From positions 1,600,001-1,664,000 of the forward strand of contig OZ239628.1 in NCBI GenBank assembly GCA_965195345.1: a stretch of DNA of 64,000 nt, written 5' to 3'. This document shows positions 56,653 through 64,000 of this stretch, in pieces. This DNA is from an uncultured Thiomicrospira sp. (GTDB lineage: Bacteria > Pseudomonadota > Gammaproteobacteria > CAKMZV01). Below the pieces are notes generated by a model. The model was not told where the DNA came from. It was given only the letters and a program-made list of their open reading frames with translations, and searched no databases. Numbering within the stretch: position 1 is the stretch's first letter; each line of letters opens with the position of its first letter. The translations under genes were made by a program, and so were the position numbers.

Positions 56653-58110
56653 ATGAACTATCGTTTAACAAATTTACCTGAGCATCACGCACAATGCTTT
56701 GATTTGGCAACAATTCGTCGAATTGACAATTACGCTTTGACCGAGTTAGCCTTACCATTAATGGAAAATGCTGGGAAAGCCGCTGCACAACTGTTGATCG
56801 AGCAATTGCCTCATGCTGAAAAAATCGCTGTTTTTGCTGGTTCAGGAAACAATGGCGGTGATGCGTCAATATGCGCTTGCCACTTAATCAAAGCGGGCAA
56901 AGAAGTACAATTTTTTTTCACGACCCCGCCTAAAAGAAAGGAAGCGCTTTGTGCTTGGGAAGGACTGCTTAAAATTTCAAACTCTGCACCAAATAATCTT
57001 GATTCTTTGCCAGAAATGGAAACGTTTGATTGTGTAGTGGATGGGCTATTGGGAAGCGGATTACAAGATAATATTACTAAAAAGATGTATGAAATCATCG
57101 AACATATTAATAGTACAAATCTACCTTGCCTATCTTTAGATGTTCCTTCAGGGTTAAACGCTTCTACTGGCAAAGCCCAATCCATAGCCATTAAGTCCAA
57201 ATTTACATTAACCTTTGTTGGCCTTAAAAAAGGACTATTCTGCAACGATGGACGTGATGTATGTGGAGAGATATTTTTCAATCCTCTTGGCATTCCTAAA
57301 CATGTATATTCTAAATTCGAACCTGAAATACAACTGGCAACACGCCTCCCTTTTCTCCCTCGCAATCATAATAGCCACAAGAATTGTTATGGGCGCGTGA
57401 ATATTATCGGGGGACAGCCGTCCATGTCAGGTGCTGTAATAATGGCAGCAGAGGCAGCCATGCGCTGTGGCGTTGGGGCTGTTATCGTGACAACACATGA
57501 AAACCATGCTTCTTTTTTGAGCACAGCTCTTCCTGAAGCCATGTTCGACGTTGCATTGTGTTCTCAAGCAAACATTCGTCTTGTTGGTCCTGGGTTGGGA
57601 AAAAGTAATTGGTCAAAAAATTTATTCAAAATCTCCATCAAAGAATCTATAGAAAAAAACCATCCTATCCTTGTCGATGCGGATGGGTTACGACTGCTTG
57701 CAAACAACCATCTTCACTACGACAAATGGGTGCTAACACCCCATCCTGGAGAAGCTGCAAGCTTACTTGACACAGACATTTCCAGCATTGAAGCAGATCG
57801 CGTCCAATCAGCAAAGAAAATAGCCTTGAAATACGGTGGCGTTGTTGTATTGAAAGGCAGCGCCACCGTCATAGCAACCGAAACCGACTGCAGCATATGT
57901 CCTTTTGGCAATCCAGCAATGGCAAGTGCTGGAATGGGCGATGTGCTCTCTGGAATTATTGCCGCTTTAATCGGTCAAAATACCACTTTATACAATGCAG
58001 CTCAACAAGGCGTTGCTATTCATGCATACACTGGAGATAAGCTGTTGTATAAAAAAGGTTGGGGATTGCAAGCAACTGATATCGTAGAGGCGCTATTCAT
58101 AAATGGATAG
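56653..58110 (+). CDS. nnr: Bifunctional NAD(P)H-hydrate repair enzyme (epimerase/dehydratase)
   Basis: LMENAG, GSGNNGGD, DVPSG, GPGLG, DADGL, TPHPGEA, AGMGDVLSG. Confidence 0.93.
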   Translation: MNYRLTNLPEHHAQCFDLATIRRIDNYALTELALPLMENAGKAAAQLLIEQLPHAEKIAVFAGSGNNGGDASICACHLIKAGKEVQFFFTTPPKRKEALCAWEGLLKISNSAPNNLDSLPEMETFDCVVDGLLGSGLQDNITKKMYEIIEHINSTNLPCLSLDVPSGLNASTGKAQSIAIKSKFTLTFVGLKKGLFCNDGRDVCGEIFFNPLGIPKHVYSKFEPEIQLATRLPFLPRNHNSHKNCYGRVNIIGGQPSMSGAVIMAAEAAMRCGVGAVIVTTHENHASFLSTALPEAMFDVALCSQANIRLVGPGLGKSNWSKNLFKISIKESIEKNHPILVDADGLRLLANNHLHYDKWVLTPHPGEAASLLDTDISSIEADRVQSAKKIALKYGGVVVLKGSATVIATETDCSICPFGNPAMASAGMGDVLSGIIAALIGQNTTLYNAAQQGVAIHAYTGDKLLYKKGWGLQATDIVEALFING

Positions 58111-58128
58111 CGTACAATACGCCCCGGT

Positions 58129-59019
58129 ATGTCCTTATCTATTTCTAACACTTTTTCTGATTGGTTGAATGAGCGTAGCGTCCGTTTTTCGGACTACTTT
58201 ACCTCTGTATTACCCAATAGTGATTACAACATATTACACAGAGCCATAAGATACTCAGCGCTCGGAGGAGGAAAGTGCTTACGCCCTGCTTTAATTTATG
58301 GATGTGCTGAGGAATTAGGAATTGACGAACATATTGACGCACTTGCTGCCTCGCTGGAAGCGGTACACGCCTACTCTCTCATCCACGACGATTTACCTGC
58401 AATGGATGATGACGATTTACGCAGAGGAAAAGCTTCGTGTCATGTCGCCTTTGGTGAAGGACAGGCAATTCTTGCGGGAGATGCCTTGCAGACATGGGCA
58501 TTTGAAAACATCGCCATGCAGTCCATTGATTCTGAAATTAAAATTGAATTAATCCTGCTTTTATCTAAAGCGATCGGCCCGAATGGCATGGCTACTGGAC
58601 AGTCCATTGACATCCAATTTGAACTTGACCATACAAATGCAAGCATTGAAAATTTGTGCGACATGCATCGCAAAAAAACAGGGTTGTTAATTCAAACCGC
58701 TATATTAATGCCGATAATCTTGACTCAACAAACCAAAATATTCCCAGCGTTAAAAAAATTTGGTGAAGACATTGGATTAGCATTTCAAATTCACGACGAC
58801 ATCCTGGATGAAACAGCAAGCACTTCTCAGCTTGGCAAACCAGCTAATAGTGACATTGACAAAGACAAGTTAACGTTTACTCGTCTATTAGGTACAGAAG
58901 AATCCATTGTTCAGCGTGACTATTATTTTAATAGTGCTTACGAATCTCTATGCGAAATCGGCTGGGAAAAATCACGCTTACTGGATCTTGCTTTGTACAT
59001 GACTCATAGATCAAACTAA
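58129..59019 (+). CDS. ispA: Farnesyl diphosphate synthase / polyprenyl synthase
   Basis: GGK.LRP, SLIHDDLPAMDDDDLRRG, KKTG, AFQIHDDILD. Confidence 0.92.
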   Translation: MSLSISNTFSDWLNERSVRFSDYFTSVLPNSDYNILHRAIRYSALGGGKCLRPALIYGCAEELGIDEHIDALAASLEAVHAYSLIHDDLPAMDDDDLRRGKASCHVAFGEGQAILAGDALQTWAFENIAMQSIDSEIKIELILLLSKAIGPNGMATGQSIDIQFELDHTNASIENLCDMHRKKTGLLIQTAILMPIILTQQTKIFPALKKFGEDIGLAFQIHDDILDETASTSQLGKPANSDIDKDKLTFTRLLGTEESIVQRDYYFNSAYESLCEIGWEKSRLLDLALYMTHRSN

Positions 59020-59798
59020 TGCACATAATATTAGGCTGTCTTATTGGTGCTGTAATCGGAAGTTTGGTCAATATGCTTGCGCATCGTTTACCGATAGTAT
59101 TAGGTTGGGAAGAAAAACCATCAAAGTATACCCGCTACAACTTGTTCCTCCCCGCCTCGCATTGTCCAAAATGCATGCAATCGCTCAAGTTTTACCACAA
59201 TATCCCTATCGTTAGTTTTCTCTTATTGAAAGGTCGATGTGCTTACTGTAAGACCTCTTTTGGGTTACGCTACTTAATCGTTGAATTGCTATGTTTGTTT
59301 GCCGGAGCACTTATTGCTTGGTTGCATTCAGATTTAACATTCATGATTTTGCTTTATTTCGTTTTGACTATAACGATGGCACTCGCAGTAATCGACTGGG
59401 AAACATTAATATTACCAGACGCTTTAACAGGGTTATTGCTGTGGAGTGCTCTGCTGTTAAATGCATTTTCTATAGTGGATGACGTTGCTTTGAAAGATGC
59501 AGTGATGGGAGCTGCTCTGGGTTATTCAAGTCTTTGGTTGCTCAATCAAATCTATAAATTAATTTGCAAAATGGACGGCATAGGACAAGGCGATTTCAAA
59601 CTTCTCGCTGCTTGGGGGGCATGGTTGGGGTGGTACGCACTGCCTAATTTGATAATTATTGCTTCTTGTAGCGCGATTGCTTGGTATTTGGTATTTTCGA
59701 TAATGCATGCTAAATTTGACTTCAAAAAAATCATAGCCTTTGGCCCTTGGTTATGCCTTGGGGGATTTTCTCTTTTGTTAATTTCTCAGTTAAAATAG
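59019..59798 (+). CDS. pilD: Prepilin peptidase / N-methyltransferase
   Basis: SHCPKC...GRCAYC, ID....LPD, GQGDFKL, FGPWL; multiple TM. Confidence 0.9.
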   Translation: MHIILGCLIGAVIGSLVNMLAHRLPIVLGWEEKPSKYTRYNLFLPASHCPKCMQSLKFYHNIPIVSFLLLKGRCAYCKTSFGLRYLIVELLCLFAGALIAWLHSDLTFMILLYFVLTITMALAVIDWETLILPDALTGLLLWSALLLNAFSIVDDVALKDAVMGAALGYSSLWLLNQIYKLICKMDGIGQGDFKLLAAWGAWLGWYALPNLIIIASCSAIAWYLVFSIMHAKFDFKKIIAFGPWLCLGGFSLLLISQLK

Positions 59799-59862
59799 AC
59801 GATACTAGGAATAATTTTTCATAATTAAACTTAACTATTTCTAATGTAACACCCTTTAAAAA

Positions 59863-60615
59863 ATGAATTTAATTTATAAAAATAAAGAAGAAATCGAATG
59901 TTTGCGCCAAGCGGGTCGAATCAGCGCTGAACTGCTTGACTGGATAACCGACTATGTGCAACCTAATGTGACGACTGGATATCTTAATGATTTATTGCAC
60001 GATCGAATGACCACGGAATACAAAGTTATTCCAGCTCCGCTCAATTATCGTGGTTTTCCAAAGGCAACATGTATTTCAACAAATCACCAAGTATGCCACG
60101 GGATACCAGGAGAACGTATCCTAAAAAATGGTGACATTGTCAATATAGATATCACGGTAATTAAAGATGGCTGGCATGGCGATTGCAGCCGTATGTTTGA
60201 AGTAGGCGAGGTTTCTATCGCTGCCCGACGGTTGAATAAAGTAGCTAAAGATTGCCTTTATGCTGGCATTGAAAAGGTACGCCCTGGAGTCACATTGGGC
60301 GATCTTGGAAGGACAATTCAACGCTTAGGAGAATCTAATAGTTATAGTATCGTGCGTGAGTATTGCGGTCATGGCATAGGCAGGCATTTTCACGAAGAAC
60401 CTCAAATACTCCATTACGGTTCTCCTGGAGTAGGGTTAGTACTTGAAGAAGGTTTGACGTTCACTATAGAACCAATGCTTAATCAAGGACGCGCAGAAAC
60501 AAAACTGTTAAAAGATGGCTGGACCGTTGTTACTCGTGATCGTTCCCTCTCTGCCCAATGGGAACATACTATTGCTATCACCAATGATGGATGTGAAATC
60601 CTAACTTTATCGTAG
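59863..60615 (+). CDS. map: Methionine aminopeptidase type I
   Basis: VCHGIP, DITVIKDGWHGD, GHGIG..FHEEP, FTIEPM, AQWEHT. Confidence 0.97.
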   Translation: MNLIYKNKEEIECLRQAGRISAELLDWITDYVQPNVTTGYLNDLLHDRMTTEYKVIPAPLNYRGFPKATCISTNHQVCHGIPGERILKNGDIVNIDITVIKDGWHGDCSRMFEVGEVSIAARRLNKVAKDCLYAGIEKVRPGVTLGDLGRTIQRLGESNSYSIVREYCGHGIGRHFHEEPQILHYGSPGVGLVLEEGLTFTIEPMLNQGRAETKLLKDGWTVVTRDRSLSAQWEHTIAITNDGCEILTLS

Positions 60616-60616
60616 G

Positions 60617-63292
60617 ATGGAAGAGAAAACGATCGACAACTTCATATTTCAGTTAGAAGATCTTTCCAAAAAATGGACTGAGCCATCTATTCCTATTCAT
60701 GATATTAAACAAATTATTGCCGAGTTTGATCTTTCCCAAAAAGCCACTTACTTATCCAATTCAAGAAAAGCGCCTGTGCGCGATCTTATTGCCCAACGTA
60801 CTGCCTTTTTTGACAACTTATTGACCATGCTATGGGTTCGTCTTGCTCTTGAGGGCGAATACACGCTGATTGGCGTCGGGGGTTACGGAAGGCATGAACT
60901 ATTCCCACGCTCCGATATAGACCTTTTGATTTTGTGTGCGAATGTTGATCAAGCACATGCTAATGAAAATCTTTTAAATTTTATGCGCAGCCTCTGGGAT
61001 TTTGGTTTACAAATAGGCAGCAGTGTACGTGAAATAAAGCACTGTCAAGAAGCGATAAAAAACGATGTTAATTTTGCTACAGCAGTGCTCGAGTCTCACT
61101 TCATCTGTGGTAATAATAAACTATTTGATGTTTTTAAAGAAGCGACTAAACCAGGAAAAATTATCGATTCGTTTATGTTCTATGATTTAAAAATCAAAGA
61201 ACAAAATAAGCGCTATACGCGTTTTGAAGAGACTGCTTACAATGTTGAACCCAATGTAAAAGAAAATCCTGGAGGATTGCGTGACATCCACAATATTATG
61301 TGGATCGCTAAATTTCATTTTTCGGATCAATCTGTTCGAGACTTAGCCGATCACGGTTATTTGACAAGGCAAGAATTTCGAACGCTTGATCAAAGCCGTC
61401 GTTTTTTATGGAATGTCCGCTTTGCTTTACACATTCTCAGAAAACAAGACGACAATCGACTATTGTTTGAAATGCAACGCAAGATTGCTGAATTATTAGG
61501 CTACGAAACCACTACAACTAAGTTAGGCGTTGAACATTTCATGCATCATTACTACCGATGTGCACGCAACATTCAAATCCTTAATCAATTGATACTACAG
61601 CACTTTAGTGATGACATATTGCCTAATGAGACCACCTCACCGATTAAAGAGCTAAATTCTCGATTTCAAATCCGAAATAATCATCTTGAAGCACGAAGTG
61701 ATGACGTATTTAAGTACGCTAAATTTGCGATTCTCGAAGTTTTTTTAATCTTACAAAAAAATGTGCACTTAAGTGGCATCAGTGCTCGGACCATACGCGC
61801 AATTCACCACAATCTTGATATTATTGATCAGAATTTTCGAAACGACAAGCGTCATTTGAAACTATTCATGGAGATACTCCAACAACCACAGGGTGTCGTA
61901 AAAGCTTTTAGAGAGATGCACAAGCACGGAGTATTGGCTGCCTTTTTGCCTCCTTTTAGCCACATTCAAGGGCTCATGCAATTCGATTTATTTCATGTTT
62001 ATACTGTGGATGCTCACACAATTATCGTTTTGCGCAATGTTCGACGTTTTTTTATTGAAGAGTTTGCTCATGAACATCCTCAAGCGCACAATATAACCAA
62101 AAAATTACCAAAGCCACATCTTCTTTACATATCTTGTTTGTTTCATGATATAGCTAAAGGAAGAAATGGTAAGCATGAAATTTTAGGAGCACGCGAAGTT
62201 GAAAAATTTTGCCGCCACGTCAATTTATCAGAATACGATACCCATACATGCAGCTGGGTTGTACTCAATCATTTACAACTCTCTTTAATCGCTCAGAAAA
62301 AAAATCTAAACGATCCAAGAGTAATCGAAGAATTCAGTAGCACTATCCCTTCTGTCCATCATTTGAATATGCTTTATCTGTTGACCATAGCCGATGTAGA
62401 AGGAACTTCACCTACTCTATGGAATAGCTATAAAGACAGTTTATTCACAAAACTTTGGAAAAGCGCGCAAATATGGTTGGAGGATCAAGGAAACTTAGAA
62501 GATGTGGTTATTGACGATGAGTATAGCATCGAGAGAAATCAAGACGAAGCAATGCATCAATTACGTGCCTTCATGCCTTCATCCGATGCAGAAGTCATTT
62601 GGGAACTTCTTCCTAGTCAGTATTTTTTGAATCACTCACCCGATCAGATATGTTGGCACACTTACAATATTTTCAATATCAGTGATAAAGAGGCTATTGA
62701 AAGTCGCCTCAATACGGATAGCTCTGCCACCGAGATTATGGTCTATTACCCACGCAGTCCATATCAGTTCGCATGTATTGTTGACGCGATCAATTCAGCT
62801 GGATATAACATTGTTCAAGCATCAGTCACTCGTAATCAAAATTATTACGCTCTTACTACTTGCACCGTTCTTACCCCAGAAAACAAGCCCATATATAATG
62901 AAAAGGCACTTGATGCCCTTAATCTATTAATTCAAAATAACCTTAAGGAATTAGGTAGAAAGGGATTATCGGCTTTACGAAGCACTCGTAGAATCAATGA
63001 TCGTCGCGCTAGGCAATTCAATATCCCGACCAAAATTACGCTTAGCACAAACAAACTAACGCACAACACAGAACTAACCATCGTCTGTCGTGATCGACCT
63101 GGACTATTAAGTATTATTACTAAAGAGTTAAGCAATCTAAATTTACTTGTTATAGGTGCGCGCATACGTACTATGGGATTTCGTGTTGAAGATATATTCA
63201 CCATTACCTGCAACAATCAAAAACCAATAGTCGATCAAGATATTCTAAGAAACATTCAGTTGCGTTTAAAAAACCAACTGGACCATTCCTAA
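60617..63292 (+). CDS. glnD: PII uridylyltransferase / uridylyl-removing enzyme
   Basis: GGYGR.ELFP.SDIDL, EPNVKE.PGGLRD, FHVYTVD.H, HDIAKG, C-terminal ACT DRPGLL; follows map. Confidence 0.95.
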   Translation: MEEKTIDNFIFQLEDLSKKWTEPSIPIHDIKQIIAEFDLSQKATYLSNSRKAPVRDLIAQRTAFFDNLLTMLWVRLALEGEYTLIGVGGYGRHELFPRSDIDLLILCANVDQAHANENLLNFMRSLWDFGLQIGSSVREIKHCQEAIKNDVNFATAVLESHFICGNNKLFDVFKEATKPGKIIDSFMFYDLKIKEQNKRYTRFEETAYNVEPNVKENPGGLRDIHNIMWIAKFHFSDQSVRDLADHGYLTRQEFRTLDQSRRFLWNVRFALHILRKQDDNRLLFEMQRKIAELLGYETTTTKLGVEHFMHHYYRCARNIQILNQLILQHFSDDILPNETTSPIKELNSRFQIRNNHLEARSDDVFKYAKFAILEVFLILQKNVHLSGISARTIRAIHHNLDIIDQNFRNDKRHLKLFMEILQQPQGVVKAFREMHKHGVLAAFLPPFSHIQGLMQFDLFHVYTVDAHTIIVLRNVRRFFIEEFAHEHPQAHNITKKLPKPHLLYISCLFHDIAKGRNGKHEILGAREVEKFCRHVNLSEYDTHTCSWVVLNHLQLSLIAQKKNLNDPRVIEEFSSTIPSVHHLNMLYLLTIADVEGTSPTLWNSYKDSLFTKLWKSAQIWLEDQGNLEDVVIDDEYSIERNQDEAMHQLRAFMPSSDAEVIWELLPSQYFLNHSPDQICWHTYNIFNISDKEAIESRLNTDSSATEIMVYYPRSPYQFACIVDAINSAGYNIVQASVTRNQNYYALTTCTVLTPENKPIYNEKALDALNLLIQNNLKELGRKGLSALRSTRRINDRRARQFNIPTKITLSTNKLTHNTELTIVCRDRPGLLSIITKELSNLNLLVIGARIRTMGFRVEDIFTITCNNQKPIVDQDILRNIQLRLKNQLDHS

Positions 63293-63297
63293 TTAAA

Positions 63298-63765
63298 CTA
63301 TCCTTTCTTTTTGGAAGGCAATTCTTCAAAGGATGGTATCTCTTGAGGCGACACATACCAACATGCGGCTGAAGCAGTGAAAATACTCTGTACTGGGCGC
63401 ACACCTGGATCATTATCCAAAGTACCCGTTGGAACAATAATTATAGTACCACTTTGATTTTTCCAAGGCATTGAACTGCCGCATTGTTTACAAAAACAAG
63501 TTGCAAAATGCTTTGCATCAGGCAGCGGATAGTATCCAATCAAGTCATTATTTTCTTCGTCCCATTGGAAATCCTCAATGCGTACAAAGAGATTGCTGGC
63601 AAAGGCACTGCCAGTAAACTTTCTACACCTTGAACAGTGGCAAAACTGAAATATATTAGTGGTTTCTTTAATCGTATAACGCAACTGCCCACACAAGCAA
63701 CTGCCTTTAATATCATTCTTTCCGTCTGATTCTGCCTTCCTAAGCTCTTGATTCGTTTCAATCAT
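63298..63765 (-). CDS. GFA / CENP-V family protein
   Basis: GSCLCG, CHCSRCRK.TGS, FCKQCGS zinc motifs. Confidence 0.88.
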   Translation of the reverse strand: MIETNQELRKAESDGKNDIKGSCLCGQLRYTIKETTNIFQFCHCSRCRKFTGSAFASNLFVRIEDFQWDEENNDLIGYYPLPDAKHFATCFCKQCGSSMPWKNQSGTIIIVPTGTLDNDPGVRPVQSIFTASAACWYVSPQEIPSFEELPSKKKG

Positions 63766-63854
63766 TCAAATACCCTCTTAATTGTATAAACAGCACAGCA
63801 TCTATGCTCTTGCAAAATTATAATAGTAGTTTATTTTAATAGGTTGGGGTTTTT

Positions 63855-64000
63855 ATGCTTACTTTAGGATTTGATATTTATGGTACGCTGATTGATACAA
63901 ATGGCGTTGTCGATTTGTTGCGGACTATGGTTGGTAAAGAGGCAGCCGTTTTTTCTAAAACGTGGCGTGAAAAGCAGCTTGAATATACTTTTAGACGTAC
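63855..64000 (+). CDS. Haloacid dehalogenase type II, partial (runs off the window)
   Basis: Manual translation MLTLGFDIYGTLID...WREKQLEYTFRR: HAD motif I plus the L-2-haloacid dehalogenase-type WR..QLEY. Confidence 0.8.
   Translation, partial: MLTLGFDIYGTLIDTNGVVDLLRTMVGKEAAVFSKTWREKQLEYTFRR

Noticed and set aside
56630-56869. 80-aa N-terminal extension of TrmA in the ORF track
   Set aside because: It is antisense to the nnr coding region. TrmA-like sequence begins at about 56629.

Overview
AT-rich chromosomal window from a gammaproteobacterium, probably marine or aquatic (inferred from gene content). It is mostly housekeeping genes in rearranged, trimmed operons: cmoB-rluC; dapD-dapE-prmC-ATPase-metA; glyQS-pgsA-amidotransferase; rpmI-rplT-pheST-ihfA-merR; ndk-rlmN-hisS-yfgM-bamB-der; a peptidoglycan-recycling-like operon ending in dusA-xseA; dksA-yajC-secDF-folE2-sufE; dapA-purL; radA; trmA/nnr; ispA-pilD-map-glnD. 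I saw no tRNA, rRNA, CRISPR array, transposase or prophage. The first accessory locus is a 1890-aa lipoprotein with a stalk of near-identical 633-bp tandem repeats and a 7-bladed FG-GAP (integrin-like) tip, followed by a decayed paralog. The second is a two-gene module (Lys-poor lipoprotein plus TraF/FadL-like outer-membrane barrel) behind a consensus sigma54 -24/-12 promoter; it is my best candidate for an uncharacterised surface display or export system. Other signals read from the DNA: a pseudoknot-like, SD-masking leader on an rpmI operon that lacks thrS-infC; a 23-bp bidirectional promoter that would give two leaderless mRNAs (trmA/nnr); a 31-aa mature mini-BamC-like lipoprotein; a DUF5710-like/XseA fusion; and an unannotated 22-aa Cys-rich ORF. 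All family assignments come from motif recognition by eye, not database searches.
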